From positions 202,186 to 266,185 of the forward strand of contig CAVWVX010000002.1 of the NCBI GenBank assembly GCA_963758565.1: 64,000 bases of DNA, read 5' to 3'. The notes beneath the pieces were generated by a model. It did not search any database. It was given only the letters and a program-made list of their open reading frames with translations, and was not told the origin of the DNA. This DNA comes from an uncultured Acidobacteriota bacterium (GTDB lineage Bacteria > Acidobacteriota > Terriglobia > Terriglobales > Acidobacteriaceae). Of this stretch, positions 53,252 to 64,000 are shown in pieces. Position numbers and translations under genes: made by a program. Positions within the stretch are counted from its first letter, which is position 1; each line of letters starts with the position of its first letter.

Positions 53252-53875
53252 TTGAAAACTATCGGACACATTCTGGCGAAATACACGGCGTGGATCCTGC
53301 ACCTGCTCACGCCACTGGGGATGTGGGGCGTGTTCGCCATCGCGTTCGCCGACTCCGCTCTGCTGGGGATGCCGGTGGATGCCATCGTAGCGCTCTACGT
53401 CTTCCAGAATCACGGCCGGCTGCTGCTGTACGTGCTGATGGCCGCGCTGGGTTCGGTGTTGGGCAGCATTCCGCTTTACATCGTGGGATATCTGGGCGGC
53501 GAGAAGGTTCTACGCAAACGCATTTCTGAAGAGCGCTTTCAGCGCATTCATCGCTCGTTCGAAGAGCATGAATTCTGGGCGCTGATGTTTCCCGCCATGA
53601 TGCCGCCGCCGATCCCCTTCAAAATATTTGTGCTGGGCGCGGCAGTATTTGAGATGCGTTTCCGCGATTTTGTCGCTGCCATGTTCGCGGGACGATGCGT
53701 GCGCTTCCTCGTGCTCTCTCTGCTGGTGCTGTGGTTCGGTCCGCAGATTGTGGGCTTAATGGGGACGGTGGTGCGGCAGCACTTTGGCGGGCTACTGGGA
53801 GCGATTGCGGGCGGAGTGCTTGTCTGGCTTGTGATGCGGCGGAACAAGCGGCGCAAGGCTTTGCGTGCTGAATAA
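53252..53875 (+). CDS. DedA/YqaA-family (SNARE-associated) membrane protein
   Basis: FAIAFADSALLGMPVDAIV.., ..GYLGGEKVLRKRI.., and multiple TM segments. TTG start. Confidence 0.7.
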   Translation: MKTIGHILAKYTAWILHLLTPLGMWGVFAIAFADSALLGMPVDAIVALYVFQNHGRLLLYVLMAALGSVLGSIPLYIVGYLGGEKVLRKRISEERFQRIHRSFEEHEFWALMFPAMMPPPIPFKIFVLGAAVFEMRFRDFVAAMFAGRCVRFLVLSLLVLWFGPQIVGLMGTVVRQHFGGLLGAIAGGVLVWLVMRRNKRRKALRAE

Positions 53876-53922
53876 CTGAAGCGCGAGGGCGGACAGCCGG
53901 GAGCGGCTGTCCGAAATTTTTC

Positions 53923-54486
53923 CTACGCTGCGGCGACGTGATCGCCGGAATGTTTCTGCATCCATCCCGAGAGCGCGTGCAGAAAAACTGGCGTTCCAAA
54001 AAACGCGACCGAGAAGAACAGATCGCTCTCAACCGTTCCGCGGAAAAATGGAATGCCCGCAGCATAGGACATCATCAGGCCGTTCAGGCCTCGCGGATAC
54101 ATTGCCGGCCATGCCGCCCACACCGCGAAATTGCTGATCAGGAAAAACGAAACGGAACTGGCCAGCGCCGCGCCGATTACACGCACCGGGCCGGATTTCT
54201 GGCGCAGGTTTGTTCCCAGCCATAGGATTGCCGCGTACCACGCCCACGTGACCAGATGATCCCAAGAGAAGGCGTAGGAGTAAATGAATCTGGTCAGGAT
54301 CACGTCGGTCGCCATCAGCAACGCGAGAGGTATCCACATCTGACGCTTTTGGCCGCGGGCTCCGAAGAAAAGCAGCGAGGCCGCCAGCGGCGTGAAGTGC
54401 CAGGCGTGGGGAAGTACATTCAACGACCCTGCGAAGGGCAGGAAGCGCACCGCGATGACTAGAAGGATGAATAGATAGGGCAGCAT
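53923..54486 (-). CDS. Polytopic membrane protein (DUF6580-like)
   Basis: About 187 aa and highly hydrophobic. The pattern NFTPLAA..FFGA and SNFAVW resembles DUF6580 as I recall it. ATG at 54486 (the track start at 54492 is GTG). Confidence 0.55.
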   Translation of the reverse strand: MLPYLFILLVIAVRFLPFAGSLNVLPHAWHFTPLAASLLFFGARGQKRQMWIPLALLMATDVILTRFIYSYAFSWDHLVTWAWYAAILWLGTNLRQKSGPVRVIGAALASSVSFFLISNFAVWAAWPAMYPRGLNGLMMSYAAGIPFFRGTVESDLFFSVAFFGTPVFLHALSGWMQKHSGDHVAAA

Positions 54487-54578
54487 GAGCACCTCAGGAC
54501 TGAACTATTATTCTGGGCGTTGCGGGCGAGAACGTCAAGCGGCGGGGTGGCTGCTGCCCGATCTAAAAGGCGAAACTC

Positions 54579-55652
54579 TCAGCGTGGTTCTGGATAAGCT
54601 TTTTGATTTTCCCCCGAACCGTAGATATCGGCGACCACATGCAAATCTTTGTCCAGTTGAACGCCAGCGCCCAAGGCGCGGCGCCCTTGATTCCGCCGGC
54701 CGAGAGGACTCGGCAGTTGCACGAAGCGCAAATCCTGAAAGTTCACAATGTAGCCGCCTGGCGAGGAATTAATCGTTTCCGTTTCGGTGATGGGATACTT
54801 TGCCCAATCAAGGTAGACGCGCCCGAGATACGATTTCTTCGCGGCCAGCGTGACCGCAGTCTCTTCCGGCTTATAGCGGATGGTCTGGCTGTATTGAGGA
54901 TCGGCATCTGGTTGCAACAGATTCACCGGAGCGAGAACAAAGAACGCGGGTGTCTCCACCACTCCGTACCACTGAAACGGATCTGTCAGCGCAGGATAAG
55001 CCGATACGCGAAGCGGTTCCGCATCTTGATACGTGCGTGCGGCCAGCGCATTCACCGCGCGCCGATGCTCGTAGTCGCGCAGCCCCCACATAAAGACCAC
55101 GCCGGCCAGCGCGACCGTCGCGGCAATGCGCCCTTTAGGTCCATCCCGTCGAGCGCCCACTTCTTTATCTATCAGGGAGAACAACGAGGGAACGATCAAG
55201 CCCAGCAAGAGGATTCCAAACATGATCGGTTCGAAAATAAAGACGATGTCCCAGGAATACCACTTCTCGGAAAATGGCCAGAACGGGCGGACGCCGTAGT
55301 TGTTGGTAAAGTCGAGCAGAATGTGACTCACTCCGGCGAGGCAGGCATAGAAGAAGAGCAATCCCCAACGCGGCGGCAAGTCAGGATTGTTGGTCTTGCG
55401 TCCGCGCAGCCGCCAGATGAGGTAAACGAAACCGACGACCGCAGGCGCGTCGATTGGAAGCCCAAGAAAAGAGTGGGTAAATCCGCGGTGATGGGCAAAT
55501 CCGAACGCCGGGCCACCGAAAGTTCTGCCGAGGACGTCGAGATCCGGCGCCTCCGCCGCTAAGGTAAGCGTCAGCGTGGCCAGAGCGGTCTTGCGATTGA
55601 GGCCGGCGCGGCCCAGGCATGCGCCCGTCAGAAAGTGGGTTATGGGTTCCAA
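54579..55652 (-). CDS. Membrane-bound metal-dependent hydrolase (YdjM/DUF457 family)
   Basis: The N-terminus EPITHFLTGACLGRAGL and HRGFTHS are characteristic. TTG start. Confidence 0.75.
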   Translation of the reverse strand: MEPITHFLTGACLGRAGLNRKTALATLTLTLAAEAPDLDVLGRTFGGPAFGFAHHRGFTHSFLGLPIDAPAVVGFVYLIWRLRGRKTNNPDLPPRWGLLFFYACLAGVSHILLDFTNNYGVRPFWPFSEKWYSWDIVFIFEPIMFGILLLGLIVPSLFSLIDKEVGARRDGPKGRIAATVALAGVVFMWGLRDYEHRRAVNALAARTYQDAEPLRVSAYPALTDPFQWYGVVETPAFFVLAPVNLLQPDADPQYSQTIRYKPEETAVTLAAKKSYLGRVYLDWAKYPITETETINSSPGGYIVNFQDLRFVQLPSPLGRRNQGRRALGAGVQLDKDLHVVADIYGSGENQKAYPEPR

Positions 55653-55713
55653 GGTTTGAAGATTCTATTTGGATATGGCTGCAATTGCCATTGGGCTGGG
55701 AGGTTCGGCAAAA

Positions 55714-56679
55714 TTATCTGCGAGGAGCCAGCAGCGTCAGGGCGTCCCGTACCACGGTGATTTCTGCCGGCAAGGTTCCCACTAGTTCGCCATCGGTCTC
55801 CAGGTAAATCTTCTGTCGCTTCACCGCGGACGAATTTTCATCCGCATAATTGCACGACACCTTCTCGCTGCTGACGAGTTCAATTCCCTTAACCTTCCAC
55901 GTTTGCCGCAAGAGGCCGCGAGTCACATAGAGAAGATAAGACCAGCGGCTTGCCGTACTGCAAATAACAACCCGCACATCGTCGCGATCAAGCGACGCTC
56001 CAGGAGCCAGTTCCTGCAACACTCCGCCAAAATGTTGGATTCTGATAGCCATCAGTTCCGTGACGAGAGACGAATTTATCTTTCTCGTTCCGACCTCGTG
56101 CACTTCCGCGCGAAATCGCGTCATGGCATAGCTGAACCACAACTGCCATGCCTTCGCGTAGTAGGCGCCCATGCCCATGCGCTGCTTGGTGCCACTGTGG
56201 AGCTTATAGAAAAGATGCGCATCTACTCCGGCCCCGGCCGCGACAATAAAAAATCTAGAGCCGGGATTACCTTTAAGATCGCTGAAATCAACTTTTCCTA
56301 GCGCAACCCGGCGAGTGCTTCCTTGCAATGCAGCCTGAGCCGCGTCTTTGATTTTCATGGGCAGCCGCAGGTCGTGCGCTAAAGCATTGGCTGTCCCCAT
56401 GGGCAAGATTGCTAGAGCCACTTGCGTGTTTGCCAACTCCTGGATCACGGTGTGGATGGTGCCGTCCCCGCCGCAGGCGAAGACTGTATCGCACCCTGAT
56501 TGCACGGCCAACTGCGCCTGGCGCTGGGCTTCCTCGGCGGAATCACAGAGCGCCAGTTCAGCATCCACTTTGGCGTCTCGGAGCAAGGCCACCGCGGACT
56601 CAACCTCGGCGCGGCGTCTCGCTTGCTTGCCTCCTGTTCCTCCGGAGTTCGGATTGTAGAGTAGCGCTGCCTTCCGCAT
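55714..56679 (-). CDS. Diacylglycerol/lipid kinase family protein (YegS/BmrU-like)
   Basis: LLYNPNSGG, VFACGGDGTIHTV, LPMGTANALA. Start set to the ATG at 56679 (the track start at 56706 is TTG). Confidence 0.85.
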   Translation of the reverse strand: MRKAALLYNPNSGGTGGKQARRRAEVESAVALLRDAKVDAELALCDSAEEAQRQAQLAVQSGCDTVFACGGDGTIHTVIQELANTQVALAILPMGTANALAHDLRLPMKIKDAAQAALQGSTRRVALGKVDFSDLKGNPGSRFFIVAAGAGVDAHLFYKLHSGTKQRMGMGAYYAKAWQLWFSYAMTRFRAEVHEVGTRKINSSLVTELMAIRIQHFGGVLQELAPGASLDRDDVRVVICSTASRWSYLLYVTRGLLRQTWKVKGIELVSSEKVSCNYADENSSAVKRQKIYLETDGELVGTLPAEITVVRDALTLLAPRR

Positions 56680-56724
56680 GGACGGTTGAAACCGGATCGT
56701 CTTCAAGCTTAATTCAGATGCGTT

Positions 56725-57243
56725 TCAGCGCGTGCCCCACTCCCACATTCCGAAAATTATTTTCTGTGGTAAGGGATGGCACAACTGTCTGGTCAGCATA
56801 GCAATTTGCCCGCGGTGGTGAGCGTCGTGAGCAATGAGGTAAGCGAGAAAGCCGGCCACGTTGGGACGAAAACCCTTTATTCTGCCGTTTGTTTCCAGCG
56901 CGTGTCCAATCAGTTCACCGAGAGCTTTGCAACTTTGTTCCAGCGCCTGAGAGGCCTGCGCGGGGGTCACCGTGGTGCGATCCAACTGTTCTGGAATCTC
57001 GCTCCCTTTGGCCGAGGCCTTCAGCCACATCACGCGCACGTTATGCATGTGAGCCACGATGGCGGAAATGGTGCGTCCCTTGCCATCCGGCGGCTTCGCT
57101 TTCCACATCTCCACATCGACGCTTTCGATCAGATACTGGTTGATCCGGTTGTTGGTGTTAAAAGCGTCAAGCAGCGCTCGCGGAAGGTCGCCCACGAACA
57201 TTCCGGCAACCGGCGCGCTTGCCGGAACTGTCATTTTCTTCAT
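56725..57243 (-). CDS. DinB-family (DinB_2) metal-binding protein
   Basis: IVAHMHNVRVMW.. and LIAHDAHHRGQI His-triad context. The start is ambiguous (57243 or 57234 ATG; 57261 TTG). Confidence 0.75.
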   Translation of the reverse strand: MKKMTVPASAPVAGMFVGDLPRALLDAFNTNNRINQYLIESVDVEMWKAKPPDGKGRTISAIVAHMHNVRVMWLKASAKGSEIPEQLDRTTVTPAQASQALEQSCKALGELIGHALETNGRIKGFRPNVAGFLAYLIAHDAHHRGQIAMLTRQLCHPLPQKIIFGMWEWGTR

Positions 57244-57377
57244 GGTCTTCTGGCTTGGCAAGGACCTTCAATTTGGCATAAGCTTGGCATCGCTTGCAAG
57301 GGGTGATGGCTGCAAGCTCCGTTCCGGAATTTTGCTGCTGGGTATCGTTAAAAATCAATTTCAGGAGGATCGTCCAG

Positions 57378-59024
57378 ATGAAAGTTCTGGCCCACGTTCT
57401 CTGTGGAATGCTTCTTTGCCTGGGTCTGCCGGCTCAGGAACACGCTGCTCACACTCAATCCCATCCGGTCACGCTGGTGACAGGACTGGGGGATCTTCAT
57501 CACCCGGTTTCCACGAAAAATCCGCAGGCGCAGGAGTTCTTCGATCAGGGCCTGCGATTTATATATGCCTTCAACCACGATGAAGCGGCGCGCTCCTTTC
57601 AACGCGCGGCCGAGCTCGACCCGAAGCTGGCGATGGCGTATTGGGGTGTTGCCGAGGCGGTTGGCCCGAACTATAACGATCCTGCCGATCCTGACCGGTA
57701 CAAGCATGCGCACGATTCAGTCCAGAAGGCGGTCGATCTGTCGGCCGACGCTTCGCCCAGCGATCAGGCCTACATCCAGGCTCTCGCCAAGCGCTTTCCT
57801 GCCGATCCCAAGTCTGATTTGAGGAAGGCAGCAGAAGATTATCGCGACGCCATGCGTCAGGTGGTCAGCGAGTTTCCCGACGATCTGGACGCCGCCACGC
57901 TCTTCGCCGAGGCCGCAATGAATTTGCATCCGTGGGGATTGTGGCATGTCGATGGCACGCCCGAGGCTGGCACCGATGAAATCGTCTCCACCCTGGAGTC
58001 AGTGATGCGGCGCGATCCTAATCATCTGGGCGCCGTCCACTATTACATCCATGCAGTGGAAGCATCAGCATCTCCTGAGCGCGCGCTCGCCGGAGCTAAC
58101 CGGTTGGCCGCCCTGGCGCCGGGCGCCGGACACATTGTCCACATGCCCGCCCATGTTTACATCCGAACCGGTGACTATGAAGCCGCGGTGAAGACGAATG
58201 AGAAAGCCGCTGAAGTCGATCGTGCCTATATCAAAGCGACCGGAGCGCAGGGCCTTTATCCCATGATGTATTACAGCCACAACCTGCATTTCATCGCTAT
58301 GTGCGGCGCCATGAATGGCAGCTATGCCGAGTCGCGAAAGAACGCGGATCTGCTGGTCGAAAATGTGGGCCCGCACGTAAAAGACATGCCGCCACTCGAA
58401 GGTTTTATGACAATTCCCGTGGCAGTGGAAATTCGTTTTCATCACTGGAATGAAATACTGAAAATGCCGCAGCCCGCCGCAGAGATGAAAGTCGCCACCA
58501 TCTTCTGGCACTTCGGCCGTGGTCTGGCGCTGGCAGGTACGGGCAAACTGCCCGAGGCGGAAGCGGAATACAAAATCGTGTCCGATGCTGAAGCGGCTAC
58601 CCCTCCTGACGTAATTTTTCAAATGCCCATCAACAACAAGGCGAAAGACATTATGAAGATCGCGAAGGATGTTCTGGGCGCCAAAATTGCCGTCGCGAAG
58701 AAAGACAACAACGGGGCGATTGCCATGCTGCGGGATGCAGTCGCCATCCAGGACACACTCAAGTATGGCGAACCTCCCGACTGGTTCTATCCCGTTCGCG
58801 AATCCCTGGGTGGAGTGCTGCTGCTGAGTGGCGATGCCGCCGGAGCGGAGAAAGTATTTCGTGATGACCTGGAACGGAACCTGCGCAATCCCCGGTCGCT
58901 GTGGGGACTGCATCTGGCCTTGCTCGAGCAGAAGCGGAGCTACGATGCCGGGTTCGTTCAGAAACAATTCGACGCCTCCTGGAAAGGTGGTACGCAGGTG
59001 TTGAAGCTGGAAGACTTGGTATAG
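57378..59024 (+). CDS. Secreted TPR-repeat protein
   Basis: ATG at 57378 with AGGAGGA 8 nt upstream. Signal MKVLAHVLCGMLLCLGLPAQE. TPR-like helices (AARSFQRAAELDPKLAMAYWG..). Confidence 0.7.
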   Translation: MKVLAHVLCGMLLCLGLPAQEHAAHTQSHPVTLVTGLGDLHHPVSTKNPQAQEFFDQGLRFIYAFNHDEAARSFQRAAELDPKLAMAYWGVAEAVGPNYNDPADPDRYKHAHDSVQKAVDLSADASPSDQAYIQALAKRFPADPKSDLRKAAEDYRDAMRQVVSEFPDDLDAATLFAEAAMNLHPWGLWHVDGTPEAGTDEIVSTLESVMRRDPNHLGAVHYYIHAVEASASPERALAGANRLAALAPGAGHIVHMPAHVYIRTGDYEAAVKTNEKAAEVDRAYIKATGAQGLYPMMYYSHNLHFIAMCGAMNGSYAESRKNADLLVENVGPHVKDMPPLEGFMTIPVAVEIRFHHWNEILKMPQPAAEMKVATIFWHFGRGLALAGTGKLPEAEAEYKIVSDAEAATPPDVIFQMPINNKAKDIMKIAKDVLGAKIAVAKKDNNGAIAMLRDAVAIQDTLKYGEPPDWFYPVRESLGGVLLLSGDAAGAEKVFRDDLERNLRNPRSLWGLHLALLEQKRSYDAGFVQKQFDASWKGGTQVLKLEDLV

Positions 59025-59083
59025 AGATTCGTGGAGGGGGCAGCCATCCCGGCTGCCCCTGCCTTATTCATTCCCGCCTATAA

Positions 59084-61156
<2,073 letters not shown>

Positions 61157-61291
61157 TCCCAGGAGTTGCTTACAGTTTGTTCCACCCTTCGGAATGCATG
61201 ACAAACCTTCAGGGGCATCCGGCATCGAAGCTATTGCTTTTCCAAAGACCATTCGATGAGGGGACATATGAGCCAAAAGAGTAGATTTTCT

Positions 61292-61588
61292 ATGAACGTT
61301 AAATCGTTGCTTTCCGGAGCGGTGCTGACGGGAGCGCTCTTTTTCACCGCAGTCCCGCGCCTCCACGCCGAAAGTTATGAACATTGCCAGCGAAGAATCG
61401 TTCATGCCGACCATGAATTGCACGAGGCTATCGAAAGGCACGGACGGCACAGCGTTCAGGCCGACCGCAAGCGCCAGGTATTACGCGAAGTCCGCGAGCG
61501 CTGCTGGAGCGAATATCATCGCTGGTGGGATGAAGACGAGCACCGCTGGCACACCGAGCGCGACTGGAATGAACACGACCACGATTAG
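61292..61588 (+). CDS. Small secreted His/Arg/Trp-rich hypothetical protein
   Basis: Signal MNVKSLLSGAVLTGALFFTAVPRLHA, then ESYEHCQRRIVHADHELHEAIERHGRH..RWWDEDEHRWHTERDWNEHDHD. Confidence 0.5.
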   Translation: MNVKSLLSGAVLTGALFFTAVPRLHAESYEHCQRRIVHADHELHEAIERHGRHSVQADRKRQVLREVRERCWSEYHRWWDEDEHRWHTERDWNEHDHD

Positions 61589-61599
61589 TTCTCGGTTTC

Positions 61600-62214
61600 G
61601 TGCTTGCCATTCCGCGGGGTAGAGATACCGTGCTCCCAATTTGGGAAAACAAACGAATTCCCGCTTGTTTTATTCCACGAACCAGATCGATTCGAAGCGC
61701 TGAAGGGCTACAGTTTACGCTGGAGCCCTTTGTGCTTTCCCCCCGCGCCCTCTATTGCCGTGCATTCTCCGGACGTCCAACGCAGGCGGCGCTGCGGTTC
61801 CTGGATTGGCTGGCGCAACACACCTTGCCTCCCGAGCAGAAAGCCCAGCACCACCGCACCGGCCGCCGCGGAGAAGAAGCTGCTTACTTCCACTTGCGCC
61901 GCCTCGGCTACACCATGGTGGCCCGCAACTTCCGCTCCCCGCGCTGCCGGGGTGAGATCGATTTGATCGGATGGGAAGAGGATGTTCTCTGCTTTATCGA
62001 AGTCAAGACTCGCACCACCCGCGACGTCAAGCCAGGAGAAGCGGCGGTCGACCGCTACAAACGAAAACTGCTGGCCATGGTGATTCGCGAGTACCTGCGG
62101 CGGCTTCCCCCTTTATGCCAGTGGCGCTTCGATGTGGTCAGCGTATACTATGGCTCGTCCCAAGCCGGCCAGCCCCAGATTGAAGTATTTCGCAATTCCT
62201 CACTGACGGCTTAG
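61600..62214 (+). CDS. yraN: YraN-family (UPF0102) PD-(D/E)xK endonuclease with a long N-terminal extension
   Basis: GRRGEEAAYFHLRRLGYTMVARNFR..GEIDLIGWEEDVLCFIEVKTR is the YraN core. About 85 aa precede it. The start (GTG at 61600) is uncertain. Confidence 0.75.
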   Translation: MLAIPRGRDTVLPIWENKRIPACFIPRTRSIRSAEGLQFTLEPFVLSPRALYCRAFSGRPTQAALRFLDWLAQHTLPPEQKAQHHRTGRRGEEAAYFHLRRLGYTMVARNFRSPRCRGEIDLIGWEEDVLCFIEVKTRTTRDVKPGEAAVDRYKRKLLAMVIREYLRRLPPLCQWRFDVVSVYYGSSQAGQPQIEVFRNSSLTA

Positions 62215-62255
62215 AATGAGAAAAATCGTTATTCTAATCACAGAGGTCTAGTCGA

Positions 62256-63296
62256 GTGCCTGAGCTGAGAAAAGATCCGATCGTGGGGCGCTGGGTGATT
62301 ATTTCCACCGATCGAGCCAAGCGTCCCACCGATTTCGCGCGCGAAAATGTGAAGTTGAAGGGCGGCTTCTGCCCCTTCTGTTACGGAAATGAAAGCAAGA
62401 CCCCGCCCGAGATTCAAGCCTACCGCCCGGGTGCAAATGGCGGTCCGGCATCGCAGCGCGATACCCCGGGCTGGACGGTCCGGGTCGTCCCCAATAAGTT
62501 CCCCGCGCTGGGGATTGAAGGCACTCTGAACCGCCAGGCGGAAGGGATGTTCGACCGCATGAACGGGATCGGGGCGCACGAAGTGATTATCGAAACCCCG
62601 GATCACACCGCCAGCCTGGCCACGCTACCTCCCAAGCGTATTGAAGACGTGCTTTGGACCTTTCGCGATCGTATTCTCGACCTAAAAAAAGACCGGCGCT
62701 TCAAATATATTTTGCTGTTTAAGAATCATGGCGAGGCAGCGGGAGCCTCCCTCGAGCATGCCCATTCGCAACTCATCGCGCTTCCCATCTTGCCGATCAA
62801 TGTAGTGCAGGAAATCGAAGGCGCGAAACAATATTTTCTCTACAAAGAGCGCTGCGTTTTTTGCGACATCATCCGGCAGGAAACAGAAAGCGGCAGCCGC
62901 GTGGTGGCGGAGAACGAAAACTTCCTGACCATCGCCCCCTACGCGCCCCGTTTCCCCTTCGAAACCTGGATCCTGCCGAAACAACATGAATCGGCCTTCG
63001 AGAATTCATCCTCGCACATGTTCGAAAATCTCGCCAAGGCGCTCAAGACCTTGCTCATCAAAGCCGATCGCGTGCTGGATAATCCTCCCTACAATCTGGT
63101 GATCCACACCTCTCCCGCGCAGGATCCCACCAACGACCACTATCACTGGCACATGGAATTCATGCCGAAGCTGACTAAGACCGCAGGTTTCGAATGGGGC
63201 ACCGGTTTCTACATCAACCCTACGCCACCCGAGGAATCGGCAAAATTTCTGCGAGAGGCCAGCGTGGAAGATCCGGTCCCAGCAACCATGGTTTAG
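62256..63296 (+). CDS. galT: Galactose-1-phosphate uridylyltransferase-family nucleotidyltransferase (HIT superfamily)
   Basis: ELRKDPIVGRWVIISTDRAKRP, Zn site CPFCYGNE, active-site HAHSQLIA. GTG start. Confidence 0.85.
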   Translation: MPELRKDPIVGRWVIISTDRAKRPTDFARENVKLKGGFCPFCYGNESKTPPEIQAYRPGANGGPASQRDTPGWTVRVVPNKFPALGIEGTLNRQAEGMFDRMNGIGAHEVIIETPDHTASLATLPPKRIEDVLWTFRDRILDLKKDRRFKYILLFKNHGEAAGASLEHAHSQLIALPILPINVVQEIEGAKQYFLYKERCVFCDIIRQETESGSRVVAENENFLTIAPYAPRFPFETWILPKQHESAFENSSSHMFENLAKALKTLLIKADRVLDNPPYNLVIHTSPAQDPTNDHYHWHMEFMPKLTKTAGFEWGTGFYINPTPPEESAKFLREASVEDPVPATMV

Positions 63297-63317
63297 CACG
63301 TTCGACATCCCATTACC

Positions 63318-63349
63318 AAAAAATAGGGCACAGCTCACAAGCTGTGCCC
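63318..63349 (-). terminator. Probable rho-independent terminator (minus-strand orientation)
   Basis: gggcacagc / gctgtgccc 9-bp stem (63326-63349) preceded on the plus strand by AAAAAATA, which reads as a T-run after the hairpin on the minus strand. It lies about 230 nt downstream of iscX. Confidence 0.45.
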
Positions 63350-63579
63350 TTCGCAGTTGGACTGAGCGAGGTTGATGGTCGAAGGCGGTTCTTGGAAAGC
63401 CTCGCCTCAACGCTTCGGCATAAGGCTAAGCCGAGGTTACTCGAGAAATGTCACGAAATTGTAAAATCACCTGAAAAGCGAGACTGCGCACGAACCTGCC
63501 ATGCCGGGCAAAAACTATTGTCAATCCCAGATAGCCGTTGGGCCCTTCAGGAATCTGCTATCGTTCACCGCGTCCTGCT

Positions 63580-63801
63580 CTAACCAATCGTGCGGTCCTG
63601 AAACTCCTCATGCCACGCCATCTGAATCGCTTCGAGTTTTCCTTCGTTCGAGGCCGCCGGATCGCCCTTGAAGTCAGGCAGTGCGGTGACATAGCGATGC
63701 AGGTCAGTGAACCGGACAGTGAGGGGTTCGAGCTGAGGATGAGTCTCCGACAGCAGAATGCCGATGTCTTCGGCGTCGTCCCAGGTAAGAGATTTCGGCA
63801 T
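63580..63801 (-). CDS. iscX: Fe-S cluster assembly protein IscX
   Basis: 73 aa. LTWDDAEDIGILLSETHPQLEPLTVRFTDLHRYVTALPDF is typical of IscX/YfhJ. Confidence 0.88.
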   Translation of the reverse strand: MPKSLTWDDAEDIGILLSETHPQLEPLTVRFTDLHRYVTALPDFKGDPAASNEGKLEAIQMAWHEEFQDRTIG

Positions 63802-63813
63802 AAAATAATTTCC

Positions 63814-64000
63814 TTAGTGATGTTCTTCTGAAATGTAATTTCGGTTCCAGGCGGGAATCTCAACCACGACTTTCCCCGGCTTCACAATCTGCACCTGGCA
63901 GCCGAGACGAGAGTTTAACTGCAAATCGGCAGCCATGTCGAGGCGGTCGGCCTCATCGTCTTCCATCGGCGAAAGATTCTCCGCTCCTTCTTTCACCCAG
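63814..64000 (-). CDS. fdx: ISC-type [2Fe-2S] ferredoxin, C-terminal part (gene continues beyond the window)
   Basis: ..WVKEGAENLSPMEDDEADRLDMAADLQLNSRLGCQVQIVKPGKVVVEIPAWNRNYISEEHH matches the C-terminal half of Fdx. The reading frame is open to the window edge. Confidence 0.8.
   Translation of the reverse strand, partial: WVKEGAENLSPMEDDEADRLDMAADLQLNSRLGCQVQIVKPGKVVVEIPAWNRNYISEEHH

Overview
G+C-rich bacterial chromosomal window. My impression from gene content and from the many short palindromic intergenic modules is Acidobacteriota-like, but this is not a search result. Most of it is housekeeping: class II ribonucleotide reductase nrdJ, moaA, two SGNH hydrolases, an etfB-etfA / ETF-QO block interrupted by a vapBC pair, threonine aldolase, an RND efflux pair, cysK, a c-type cytochrome, aconitase, a LeuA-like synthase with a divergent LysR regulator, envelope and lipid genes, ligA, yraN, galT, and iscX plus a partial fdx. 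Five things stand out. (1) An apparently lower-G+C accessory island (about 3.6-10.9 kb) sits between the nrdJ terminator and moaA. It opens with a translationally coupled three-gene ABC-3C / Lamassu-like module: a Mrr-type REase effector, an 84-aa middle component, and a coiled-coil ABC ATPase. It also holds an orphan DarT/ART-like gene, a Cys/Trp-rich membrane protein and a frameshifted PD-(D/E)XK endonuclease, each separated by arrays of modular palindromic repeats. (2) A minus-strand RiPP-like operon (28.0-34.2 kb) has a 55-aa precursor ORF that is absent from the supplied track. It is followed by an S24/S26-like peptidase, an HprK-like kinase, PqqD, a radical SAM/SPASM enzyme and a glycosyltransferase, and is preceded by a 712-aa secreted protein. 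(3) A photoactive yellow protein homologue lies just upstream of the etf genes and keeps Tyr42, Glu46 and Cys69. (4) A decahaem MtrA/DmsE-like cytochrome is paired with an MtrB/PioB-like outer-membrane barrel. (5) Three genes are disrupted by 1-nt indels or an in-frame TAG. I recognised no rRNA, tRNA, CRISPR array, transposase or integrase.
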